A DNA stretch of 64,000 nucleotides. Source: Candidatus Limnocylindria bacterium. GTDB taxonomy: Bacteria; Chloroflexota; Limnocylindria; QHBO01. A program made the translations under genes and the position numbers. Of the stretch, positions 20,904 to 29,022 are shown piece after piece. A model generated the notes under the pieces. It was given only the letters and a program-made list of their open reading frames with translations. It ran no database searches and was not told the DNA's origin. Each line of letters starts with the position of its first letter. Position 1 is the first letter of the stretch. Location: assembly GCA_038209995.1 (NCBI GenBank), contig JBBQXD010000006.1:35042-99041 (forward strand), in the 5' to 3' direction.

Positions 20904-21655
20904 CCACGCACCTGGAACTCGATCGTCGTCGCTCCGACCCTGATGACGTCGCCAGGCCCGAGTGCGATCTCGGTGACCGGATGCCCGTTCACGAACGAGC
21001 CATTCCGGCTGCCGAGGTCCGCGAACCCGTACGCACCGTGCTGAAGCTTCAGCTGGCAGTGGTGCCGGCTGGCGAGGGGATCGTCGAGGATCACGTCGTT
21101 GTCGCTGGCACGGCCGATGCCGATGAGGGGTCCACCGAGGTCGAACTGGACCGGCGGCTGGCCATCGGTGCTGACGAGGAGGTAGGCGCGCCGCGCCGAC
21201 TCGGGCGCGGCCGCGGCATCGGGCCGCGAGAAGACCATCGTGTCGCCGGAGGCCGGCAGCGGGCGATCCTCGACGACCTTGCCGCCACGCTCGTCGACAA
21301 CGTTCGCCGCCACTCGCACGTCGCCACGCGGCACCTGGTTGTCCGCGGTGACGCGAACCCGGGGCCGGGCGACCATGGCGTAGCGCTCGCGACGGGCGTG
21401 GGCGAGCGCGCCGTGGCCGAGGTCGTCCTCCAGCGAGGCGCGGTACGACTCGAAGGTCGCGTAATCGGCCGGGTTGAGATGGAGGTCGTAGTGGTTCGGA
21501 ACGAGGATGCCCTGGTCACGGAAGGACTTGTTCGTGTCCATCGCGCGCTCGATCCGCTTCGCCAGGGTGACTGGTTGGATCCTGGCGCCAAGCCGTCCCG
21601 CAGGTGCCTCGAGCAGCCGCTGCAGGAAGGCCTCCACCCGCGAGAAGATGCCCAT
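20900..21655 (-). CDS. fhaA: FhaA-like protein (N-terminal DUF3662 plus C-terminal FHA domain).
   Basis: The true start is the ATG at 21655 (MGIFSRVEAFLQRLLE..., the DUF3662 signature). The C-terminal FHA domain has GR.SDNDVILDD...SRHHCQL...SRNGSFVNG. The 801-aa ORF in the track is an antisense extension across the repeat gene. Confidence 0.75.
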   Translation of the reverse strand: MGIFSRVEAFLQRLLEAPAGRLGARIQPVTLAKRIERAMDTNKSFRDQGILVPNHYDLHLNPADYATFESYRASLEDDLGHGALAHARRERYAMVARPRVRVTADNQVPRGDVRVAANVVDERGGKVVEDRPLPASGDTMVFSRPDAAAAPESARRAYLLVSTDGQPPVQFDLGGPLIGIGRASDNDVILDDPLASRHHCQLKLQHGAYGFADLGSRNGSFVNGHPVTEIALGPGDVIRVGATTIEFQVRG

Positions 21656-21774
21656 TGCGCCGGATGCTAGCAGGTCGCCTGCGGGTGCCGTGCGACCGGC
21701 ATCGGTCCCGCCCGGAGCTCGGCGGAGCGGATGAGGTTCAGTACGAACGGCGGTTCCGAAGGTACCAGGGGCAG

Positions 21775-21805
21775 GATTGGGATGCCATCGGGCCCCGACT
21801 ATACT
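21775..21805 (+). promoter_or_regulatory. Candidate sigma70-type promoter (TTGGGA - 17 nt - TATACT) for the zinc-ribbon repeat gene.
   Basis: The hexamers and 17-nt spacer were read directly from the sequence. The -10 element ends about 21 nt before the ATG at 21827. This is a locally AT-richer patch in an otherwise 70% GC intergenic region. Confidence 0.45.
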
Positions 21806-21826
21806 GGCCGCCCCCGTCGCTGCCGA

Positions 21827-23470
21827 ATGAGCGGGGAACATGTGGAAATCCGGATGGCCGAAGCGCTCACTGAATCCTTTTGCGAACGCTGCGGAACGCG
21901 CTATGAGTTCACGGCGCCGACGCGGCTGAATCCGCTGCGCAGGACGCGCGGCCTGGTGACCGGGCTCAAGAACTACATCATGAGCCAGGAAGCCCTTTCC
22001 GACTCGGTCGGCGACGCGATACGCTCCGAGGAGGAAGAGCTCGGCGTCGCCCATCTCGAGGCGTTCCACGCCGCGTTCAACTTCTGCATCGACTGTCGGC
22101 AGTACACCTGCACGAACTGCTGGAACAACGCCGCCGGCCGCTGCCGCAGCTGTGCTCCTGTCGTGGGGACCGACGACCTCCTCGAACGCTTCGAAGCCTC
22201 GTTCGCAGCCGGCCACCAGCCGCCCGAGGGGACCGCACCACTCGCCGAGCTCGAGGGCAGCGAGATCGGCCAGCGGCTGGGAATCGACGCCTGGCCATCG
22301 AGCGACCTGCCTCGGGCGGAGACGAATGGCCACGCACCGAGCGAGCCAGGCTGGCCGGCCGAGCCCGAGCCGGAGTCGGAGCCGATCGCGGCCTTCGAGC
22401 CGGAGCCGGAGCCGATCGCGGCCTTCGAGCCGGGCTTCGCCCCGGCCGCGCCGGAGACCGAGCCGATCGCGGCCTTCGAGCCGGGCTTCGCCCCGGCCGC
22501 GCCGGAGACCGAGCCGATCACGGCCTTCGAGCCCGGCTTCGCCCCGGCCGCGCCGGAGCCGGAGCCAGTCGCGGCCTTCGAGCCGGGCTTCGCCCCGGCC
22601 GCGCCGGAGACCGAGCCGATCACGGCCTTCGAGCCGGGCTTCGCCCCGGCCGCGCCGCCGCAGCTGACCGTGGTCACATGGGACGACGACGGCAGCTTCG
22701 ACCTTCTTCCCGAACCGCGGCGCGAACCCGAGCCCGAGCCTGCGACCTGGGTCGCGGACGAGGCGCAGGACGCGGTGACCGTCCCGGAGCCCGAGGAGTG
22801 GGTCGCGGCGACCGTCGAGCCCACGCTGGTGCGTGCCTTCGGGCCGCAGCCGCTCGTCCCCGAGGAGATGGCCGAGCCGTCTGCCGCCCAGGCCGAGGAG
22901 CCGCTCGTCCCCGAGGAGATGGCCGAGCCGCTCGCCGCCCAGGCCGAGGAGCCGCTCGTCGAGCCGGTTGCGACCGCGCCCGAGGAGTCGATCGAAGCAC
23001 CCCTCATGGCCGCGATGGCGGCGCCGACCGAGGAGCAGGCCGCGCCTGAGCCTGGGGAGCCGCTCCAGCGGACCATCCGGCCGATCGGTGACACGATCCT
23101 TCATCTTCCCAATGTCAGCCCATCGCCGCCGGCACGACCGGCTGCCCCGAGCCTGCCGCTGGCTGCCGAGAATCCGCTGGCGGCGACCCGGCGCACGCAG
23201 CTCGACCTCCTCGGTCTGGATGACCCCGGCCAGGGCACCGTGCAGCCGGCGCGGCCGCAGGTCATCCCCTACCGCTCGAGCGGCGCCGCCGCCAGCCCAA
23301 TCCACGCACGCGCCCAGGCTCCGAATGCATTCTGGGACGCCTCCGCGCGCGAGGTGGCGGGCGCGATGAGCACGATCGGGGTGCAGAGCTGCGCGGCATG
23401 CGGCCTCTCGCTCTCGGCCAGCGCCCGCTTCTGCCGACGCTGCGGCACCCGGCAGGCGCAGCCCGCCTGA
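21827..23470 (+). CDS. Double zinc-ribbon protein with a central acidic/proline-rich tandem-repeat region; function unknown.
   Basis: The N-terminal Cys pairs are CERC ... CIDCRQYTCTNC...CRSC. The C-terminal ribbon is CAACGLSLSASARFCRRCG. Between them are 5.5 copies of the 17-aa repeat EPIAAFEPGFAPAAPET. The gene is divergent from fhaA. Confidence 0.6.
   Translation: MSGEHVEIRMAEALTESFCERCGTRYEFTAPTRLNPLRRTRGLVTGLKNYIMSQEALSDSVGDAIRSEEEELGVAHLEAFHAAFNFCIDCRQYTCTNCWNNAAGRCRSCAPVVGTDDLLERFEASFAAGHQPPEGTAPLAELEGSEIGQRLGIDAWPSSDLPRAETNGHAPSEPGWPAEPEPESEPIAAFEPEPEPIAAFEPGFAPAAPETEPIAAFEPGFAPAAPETEPITAFEPGFAPAAPEPEPVAAFEPGFAPAAPETEPITAFEPGFAPAAPPQLTVVTWDDDGSFDLLPEPRREPEPEPATWVADEAQDAVTVPEPEEWVAATVEPTLVRAFGPQPLVPEEMAEPSAAQAEEPLVPEEMAEPLAAQAEEPLVEPVATAPEESIEAPLMAAMAAPTEEQAAPEPGEPLQRTIRPIGDTILHLPNVSPSPPARPAAPSLPLAAENPLAATRRTQLDLLGLDDPGQGTVQPARPQVIPYRSSGAAASPIHARAQAPNAFWDASAREVAGAMSTIGVQSCAACGLSLSASARFCRRCGTRQAQPA
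22378..22660 (+). repeat. 51-bp perfect or near-perfect tandem repeat, about 5.5 copies, lying in frame within the coding sequence.
   Basis: The unit gagccgatc(g/a)cggccttcgagccgggcttcgccccggccgcgccggagacc repeats head-to-tail with no spacers. It is the source of the Arg-rich and Ser-rich shadow ORFs on other frames. Confidence 0.85.
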
Positions 23471-23498
23471 ATTCGCAGGTGGCGTCCCTGGCGCCGCG

Positions 23499-23858
23499 TC
23501 AATCTCCGGTCGATGCGGGTGCGGGTGGCTTGGGGGCGTCGGTCGCGGTCGAGCCGCCGGACGCCGCGTCCGTGCCGCTCAATGTGGATCCGTCGCTCCT
23601 CGGCGAGGACCCCCCACTCTTCGACGACGATCCATCCTCCGCTGCCGGTCGCTTCGTCGACGAGTTGGCGCCACTGCCCGCGGCGCGTGCATCATTCCGG
23701 TAGAAACCCGAGCCCTTGAAGATGATGCCGGCCGGGAACAGCACGCGTCGCAGAGGGCCGCCACACACCTCACAGGCCGTGGGCCCCTGCTCGGTCATGC
23801 CGTGGATCACTTCCACGGTGTGGCGGCAGGTGCGGCACTGATAGTCGTAGGTCGGCAC
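23499..23858 (-). CDS. FmdB-family zinc-ribbon protein (putative regulatory protein).
   Basis: The protein begins with a GTG start and the sequence VPTYDYQCRTCRHTVEV...CEVCGG, the classic FmdB CxxC...CxxC N-terminus. It has a Gly/Ser-rich tail. It lies downstream of the MinD-like gene on the same strand. Confidence 0.65.
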   Translation of the reverse strand: MPTYDYQCRTCRHTVEVIHGMTEQGPTACEVCGGPLRRVLFPAGIIFKGSGFYRNDARAAGSGANSSTKRPAAEDGSSSKSGGSSPRSDGSTLSGTDAASGGSTATDAPKPPAPASTGD

Positions 23859-23914
23859 GGGCCGGAATGATCGCAGCCGCACGCGGCGGCTGCAACGGAC
23901 GAGGGTGCCTGGGC

Positions 23915-25108
23915 CTACGCGTTCGAGGTGCGCGAGGCGAAGCGGGGCCACCAGCGACGCGTGACGGCGGCGGGGAGGGCCTCCGGCTGTCGCGTGACGA
24001 CCCGTGCAAGCTGGTGAAGATCGGTTGCGATCTGCTCCTTCGGGAACTTCGTGATGACGGGCGTGCCCTCGTTGGCGGCGATCACGGCCCTGGGCCCGCT
24101 CGACACGATGGTGGCGGCGACGGGCATCTTCAGGGCGGCGCCGACATCGGCGACGCTGATGCCGTGGTTCGCGCGGTTGACGACCACGCGGACCCCCTCG
24201 GCCAGCCCGAGCTGGCGTGCCAGCTCCATGAACTGCGAGCTGTTGCGGATGGATCCCATCTCCGGCGTCACGATGAGGAGGATCTCGTTGGCAAGCGTCA
24301 GCATCACCATCGTGCGGTCGGCGTAGCCGGGGTGGTTGTCGACGATCACCCACGTGTGCTGGGAGCGCGCCCAGCGCAGCGCGGCGAGCAGCAGGTCGAC
24401 CGTGACGCGCTCCGAGTCGCTCGGATCGCTGCCCCACGTGAGGACCCGCACCCCGCTCTGGGCGTGGGTCGAGGTCACGTGCTCGAACGCCGCATCGGTC
24501 CACTCCTCGGGCGGGCTGTCGGCAAGGTCGGCAAGGCCGGGCTTCACCGGCGCGTCGAGAATGGCGGTCACGTTGCCGACCCCGACGTCGGCGTCGAAGA
24601 GCAGGACCGACGAACGCGTCTGCTCGCGGAGCGCCACGGCAAGGTTCACGGAGATGGTGGTCTTGCCGACGCCGCCCTTCGGAGCGAAGACGCTCACCAC
24701 ATGGCCCGCACCGATCGTGTCGGCGCCTTCGGTGACGTCGGCCCAGGCGCCGGACTCCTCGGGGAGGGCGCGGCCCGAGCGGATGAGCATCGCCTGCAGC
24801 CGGAAGATGAGCGCGTCGGCCGGCAGCGGCTTGACGGCGATGTCGTCGCGGCCCGCGGCCGTCGAGGGCAGCTCGGGAAGTCGCTCGCCGAGGAGGAGCA
24901 GGGTGGAGGTGATCGTCCCTTCAGCCATCGCGTGAATGCGGCCGAACTCGACCTGCGGCAGGTCGCAGTCGATGATCGCGAGATCCACGCTCGTGGGCTC
25001 CGCCACCCGGTCGTCCGCGGACCTGACATCGAAGCCTGCGGCCACCAGGGCGGCCCGATAGTCATCGGCCTCCGAGGTCGCGGCGAGCAGGACGGTGGGA
25101 CGCGGCAT
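23915..25108 (-). CDS. Second MinD/ParA-superfamily ATPase with an N-terminal receiver-like domain; paralog of the gene at 2555..3703.
   Basis: The ATG at 25108 is preceded by a GGGAGA Shine-Dalgarno sequence. The Walker A motif is APKGGVGKTT. Domain order and sequence are similar to the ATPase at 2555..3703, e.g. SVFAPKGGVGKTTISVNLAVAL versus SLFSPKGGVGRTTLAYNLAVAL. Confidence 0.75.
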   Translation of the reverse strand: MPRPTVLLAATSEADDYRAALVAAGFDVRSADDRVAEPTSVDLAIIDCDLPQVEFGRIHAMAEGTITSTLLLLGERLPELPSTAAGRDDIAVKPLPADALIFRLQAMLIRSGRALPEESGAWADVTEGADTIGAGHVVSVFAPKGGVGKTTISVNLAVALREQTRSSVLLFDADVGVGNVTAILDAPVKPGLADLADSPPEEWTDAAFEHVTSTHAQSGVRVLTWGSDPSDSERVTVDLLLAALRWARSQHTWVIVDNHPGYADRTMVMLTLANEILLIVTPEMGSIRNSSQFMELARQLGLAEGVRVVVNRANHGISVADVGAALKMPVAATIVSSGPRAVIAANEGTPVITKFPKEQIATDLHQLARVVTRQPEALPAAVTRRWWPRFASRTSNA

Positions 25109-25245
25109 GGATCTCCCTTCGGTCTGCCGGCACACACCCACGGCGCCGGACCGCACCAGTGTCGTGCGCACCCCTCAGCACGACAATGGGACCTGGGCGA
25201 GACCTCGGCGGCCGAAGGTACTGCCCCGCAGGCGAACCTGACGGA

Positions 25246-25980
25246 TCAGGTGCCGCGCGCCATCCGCATCCCGCACTTCGGGCAGTAGAACGCGGACGCG
25301 CTCTGCGCCTCGAAGCCGCAATGGGCACAGGCCATGCCGGACCGCGACCCTGCCTGCGGCAGCCGCGCCTGGTCGGCCGCACCGAGGCTGTACCCCGATG
25401 CCACGACCTGCTGATAGAGGTTTGACACGAGCTTCTGACCGATGCGCTCGGTGTCACCGCGCAGACCCTTGCCGCCCCATCCGACGACGGCGCGGACGAT
25501 GAGCTCGCCGGACAGTTCGTCGAAGTGGCTCGCCAGGCCGCCGACGATCGCGTTGTAGTCCGGATAGCCGCTCGTATCGGTCTCGCCGTGAAGGAGGCCG
25601 CAGATGAACGTGTCGACGGTCATGTCGAGGGCATCGGTCAACTCGAGAACGTAGAGCCCGTGGCGCCCGATGGGCCCCAGGTCGCGTCGCGCGAGCACCC
25701 ACTGCTGCGCCTCGTTGAAGCGCTCGATCGCCGGCGCCGCCTCGCTGTACTCGAGCGGCAGCGGCTCGACGACCTCGATGGGCGTCGTGCTGAGGGGCTC
25801 CACGATCGAAGGCAGCGCACCCATCGCGGCGGGGTCGCCCGTGACGCGCAGCCCGTCGCTGCTCTTCGCGACGAAGGAGAGCTTCAGCGCGTAGTCCTGC
25901 GCAACCACCTCCTCCTGCATCGGAGTCGGCGGAGGCGGCGGAGCGTCCTGGTTCTTCTTGCGGCGCTTCAGAAACGACAT
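25246..25980 (-). CDS. Hypothetical protein with a C-terminal zinc ribbon homologous to that of the protein at 21827..23470.
   Basis: The 244-aa protein has a basic N-terminus (MSFLKRRKKNQD), a Pro stretch and a central globular region. Its C-terminal CAHCGFEAQSASAFYCPKCG aligns with CAACGLSLSASARFCRRCG in the repeat protein. Confidence 0.5.
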   Translation of the reverse strand: MSFLKRRKKNQDAPPPPPTPMQEEVVAQDYALKLSFVAKSSDGLRVTGDPAAMGALPSIVEPLSTTPIEVVEPLPLEYSEAAPAIERFNEAQQWVLARRDLGPIGRHGLYVLELTDALDMTVDTFICGLLHGETDTSGYPDYNAIVGGLASHFDELSGELIVRAVVGWGGKGLRGDTERIGQKLVSNLYQQVVASGYSLGAADQARLPQAGSRSGMACAHCGFEAQSASAFYCPKCGMRMARGT

Positions 25981-26087
25981 GCGTTGAGGTCTCCTCCCGA
26001 TGCCCCGGCTCGGGCGTGGAGCGCGCCGGCGAGCCTCGGGCGGATGATAGCAGCCACCCTCCAGCCTTCCGCCATGGCCCGACCTGC

Positions 26088-28760
26088 CTATTCACCGGCC
26101 TCGAGGGCGGCCAGCTGGCGCTCGAGGTCGGCCAGCCGCGCCCGCTCCCGTACCACGACCGCGGCCGGCGCGCGTCCGGTGAACTGGTCGTTGGCGAGGA
26201 GCGTCCGCAGACGATCGACCTGCGCGGACAGCTCGCGCCCCTGCAGCTCGACGCGCGCCGCGTCTCCCGCCCGCTCGCCGGCGTCAGTGCCGAACCAGAT
26301 CATTCCGAGCGTCGCGCTCCCGACCAGCGGCGGCCGGGCGCCCGTGGCGTCGAGGTTCATCGGCCGGACGCGGGCGAGCGCCTCGATGTAGCGAGCCCCG
26401 CCGGCGGCGATCGCGCGCGCCTCGGCGCTGACGGGCGCCAGCTCCAGCGGCAGCCAGCTGCCCGCCGCCGCCCCAGCGGCCTGGCGCAGATCGCGGATCC
26501 TGCGGATGAGCTCGGTCAGCGCCTCGATGTCTCGCTCCGCCTCTTTGTCGCGCGGGCTCGGCGACGGCCACGTGGCTCGAATGAGGAGCGGCTCACCGCG
26601 CGTGGCTCGCGGCTCGAGCTCGGCAATGATGGTCCACGCCTCCTCGGTCACGAACGGCACGACCGGGTGGAGCAGCCGCAGCAGGTCGCCGAGCAGCTCC
26701 GCGGCGGTGAGCCAGGTCCGAGCGCGGTCGGCATCGGTGGCATCGTCGCGCCGGAGATCGACCTTCGTGAGCTCGAGGAACCAGTCGCAATACTCGCTCC
26801 AGGCGACCTCGTAGGCGGCACCGACGTACTCGGCCGGCGCAAGCTCGTCGAGCGCTCGCGTGGCGCGCTCGATGGCGGCGGTCATCCGCGAGCGCATCCA
26901 GCGCTCGGCCAGCGACGCCTCACCGCCGGGCTCGGCGAGCGGCTCCGGCCGCGCGCCGACGACGAAGCGGGTCGCATTCCACAGCTTGGTCGTGAAGTTG
27001 CGGCCGCCATCGAGCTTCGGCTGCGTCAGCCGCTGGTCGACGCCCGGCGCGTTGCCGGACACGAGCGCAAGCCGCAGGGCGTCCGCACCGATCTCGGTGA
27101 TCATCGCCAGCGGGTCGACGACGTTCCCCTTCGTCTTGCTCATCTTCTGCCCGTACGGATCGCGGACGATGCCGTGCAGGTAGACGGTGTGGAACGGCTC
27201 GACGTCGGTCAGGAAGAGGCCGAGCATCATCATCCGCGCCACCCAGAAGAAGAGGATCTCGTAGGCGGTCTCCATGACCGAGGTCGGGTAGAAGCGCGCC
27301 AGGTCGGGGGTCGCGTCGGGCCAGCCGAGGGTCGAGAATGGCCACAGACCGCTGCTGAACCAGGTGTCGAAGATGTCGGTCTCCTGGGTGAGCTCGGCGG
27401 CCGGGCACTCGCAGGTCGCGCAGGCGTCGGGGCCCGCCTCGGCATCGGTCACCGTCACGTGGCCGTCGGGGCAGAACCAGGCCGGGATGCGGTGGCCCCA
27501 CCAGAGTTGGCGACCCACGGCCCAGTCGTGGATATTCTCCAGCCAGTGCGCGTAGACCTTCTCGAGGTGGTCGGGGATGATCCGGGTCCTCCCCTCGCGG
27601 ACCGATGCGAGCGCACGCTCGGCGAGCGGCTTGACGTGGATGAACCACTGGACCGAGAGCCGAGGCTCGACCACGGTGCCGCAGCGCTCGCAATGGCCGA
27701 CCATCAGCTGGTGCGGGCGCTCGTCCTCCAGGTCCCCGCTGTCGCGGAGACGGTCGAGGATCGCCTCGCGCGCCTCGTAGCGGTCGCGGCCGACGAACTC
27801 GCCGCCCGCGGCGTTGATCCGCGCCTCCTCGTCGAGAACGCTGATCACCGGCAGCCCGAGCCGCTTGCCGAGCTCGTAGTCGTTCGGGTCATGGGCCGGG
27901 GTGATCTTCACTGCCCCGGTGCCGAATGCCGGGTCGACGTAGGGATCGGCGACGATCGGCAGGCGGCGGCCGAGGAACGGCAGGATCGCCTCGCGCCCGA
28001 CGAGGTCGCGGTACCGCTCATCGTCCGGGTGCACGGCGACCGCCGTGTCGCCGAGGATCGTCTCGGGGCGAGTGGTGGCGACGCTGATCCAGCGGCCCGG
28101 ATCCGGCGTTCCGTCCGCGCGGGCGAGGTGATAGCGGATCGTCCAGAGCGTGCCGGTCTCCTCGCGATGGACCGTCTCGAGGTCGCTGATCGTCGTCCGG
28201 CACCGCGGACACCAGCTGACGAGCGCCTCGTCCCGGTACACGAGGCCGGCGTCCCACAGCCGCTTGAAGGCGACCCGCACGGCCCGGGCGCTGCCGGGGT
28301 CCATCGTGAATCGCTCGCGAGTCCAGTCGACGCTCGCGCCGAGGCGCCGGTGCTGCATCCCGATGACCGGGCGTGTCTCGTCCATGAAGCGCCACATGCG
28401 CTCCAGGTACCGCTCGCGGCCGAGCGAGGCACGCGTCTCCCCCTCCTCGGCGATGATCTTGTCGAGCACGAACTGGGCCGCGATGCCGGCGTGGTCGACG
28501 CCCGGGAGCCAGAGCGTGTCGTCGCCGCGCATGCGGTGGTAGCGGACGAGGATGTCCTCGACGGTCGCCGTTAGCGCGTGGCCGATGTGGAGCGCGCCGG
28601 TGACGTTCGGCGGTGGCTGGATGATGACGAAGCGTTCCGCACCCGCGGGTGGCTCAGGCGCAGGCGTGAACGCGCCGCTCGCCAGCCATCGCTCGTAGAT
28701 CGCCGTCTCGACCGCCGCGGCGTCGTAGCGCGCACTCAGCTCGCGTCGCGTCGTGGCCAT
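26088..28760 (-). CDS. valS: Valine--tRNA ligase.
   Basis: The 890-aa protein has the HIGH region (PPNVTGALHIGH) and KMSKS (KMSKTKGNVVDP). An AGGAGG Shine-Dalgarno sequence lies 8 nt upstream of the ATG. Confidence 0.9.
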   Translation of the reverse strand: MATTRRELSARYDAAAVETAIYERWLASGAFTPAPEPPAGAERFVIIQPPPNVTGALHIGHALTATVEDILVRYHRMRGDDTLWLPGVDHAGIAAQFVLDKIIAEEGETRASLGRERYLERMWRFMDETRPVIGMQHRRLGASVDWTRERFTMDPGSARAVRVAFKRLWDAGLVYRDEALVSWCPRCRTTISDLETVHREETGTLWTIRYHLARADGTPDPGRWISVATTRPETILGDTAVAVHPDDERYRDLVGREAILPFLGRRLPIVADPYVDPAFGTGAVKITPAHDPNDYELGKRLGLPVISVLDEEARINAAGGEFVGRDRYEAREAILDRLRDSGDLEDERPHQLMVGHCERCGTVVEPRLSVQWFIHVKPLAERALASVREGRTRIIPDHLEKVYAHWLENIHDWAVGRQLWWGHRIPAWFCPDGHVTVTDAEAGPDACATCECPAAELTQETDIFDTWFSSGLWPFSTLGWPDATPDLARFYPTSVMETAYEILFFWVARMMMLGLFLTDVEPFHTVYLHGIVRDPYGQKMSKTKGNVVDPLAMITEIGADALRLALVSGNAPGVDQRLTQPKLDGGRNFTTKLWNATRFVVGARPEPLAEPGGEASLAERWMRSRMTAAIERATRALDELAPAEYVGAAYEVAWSEYCDWFLELTKVDLRRDDATDADRARTWLTAAELLGDLLRLLHPVVPFVTEEAWTIIAELEPRATRGEPLLIRATWPSPSPRDKEAERDIEALTELIRRIRDLRQAAGAAAGSWLPLELAPVSAEARAIAAGGARYIEALARVRPMNLDATGARPPLVGSATLGMIWFGTDAGERAGDAARVELQGRELSAQVDRLRTLLANDQFTGRAPAAVVVRERARLADLERQLAALEAGE

Positions 28761-29022
28761 CGGTCGAACCTCCTGTTTCCCAGCACAGAGCCCGCTCGTC
28801 GAAGGACGAACGGGCTCGTCGTGGTACCACCTTCGTTCGCGACCGATGCGGCCGCCTCGTCACCGCGCTACCGGGCGGATCCCGATCGGCTCACGTGCGA
28901 CGTTCGCCCACTCGTGCCGCAGCGCGCTTCCAGCCGAGGACGCGCCTCTCTCGTGCGGCCGTGGAGGGGTACTCCTCACGGTCTTCGCCGTGCGGCCGAG
29001 TCTACCAGAGGGTGGAAGTGGG
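28761..29022 (-). promoter_or_regulatory. Putative T-box leader (tRNA-sensing riboswitch) for valS.
   Basis: The sense strand of the leader contains AAGGUGGUACCACG, a close match to the conserved T-box element AGGGUGGNACCGCG. This is followed by the hairpin GAGCCCG-loop-CGGGCUC and the AGGAGG Shine-Dalgarno sequence. The 262-nt leader sits upstream of an aminoacyl-tRNA synthetase gene. Confidence 0.5.

Noticed and set aside
17084-21044. Long plus-strand ORFs (583 aa and 525 aa) antisense to pbpA, rodA and fhaB.
   Set aside because: They are shadow ORFs. The minus-strand genes carry SxxK/SSN/KTGT, SEDS and FHA signatures.
22378-22660. A possible CRISPR array, considered because of the regular 51-bp repeats.
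   Set aside because: The repeats are directly tandem with no spacers and lie in frame within a coding sequence. There are no cas genes in the window.
21973-23094. A 373-aa minus-strand Ser/Gly/Ala-rich ORF and the plus-strand Pro/Arg/Ser ORFs (22152..22667, 22678..23369) inside the repeat region.
   Set aside because: They are alternative-frame readings of the tandem repeat. Only the frame that gives the EPIAAFEPGFAPAAPET repeats connects to the conserved zinc-ribbon termini.
20900-23305. An 801-aa ORF annotated as a single protein, with an N-terminal half of Arg-rich repeats (RGRGEARLEGRDRLGL...).
   Set aside because: The N-terminal 550 aa are the antisense reading of the 51-bp tandem repeats of the plus-strand zinc-ribbon gene. 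The true fhaA starts at the internal ATG at 21655 (MGIFSRVEAF, the DUF3662 signature).
26016-28574. An 852-aa plus-strand ORF antisense to valS.
   Set aside because: It is a shadow ORF. valS on the minus strand has HIGH and KMSKS motifs.
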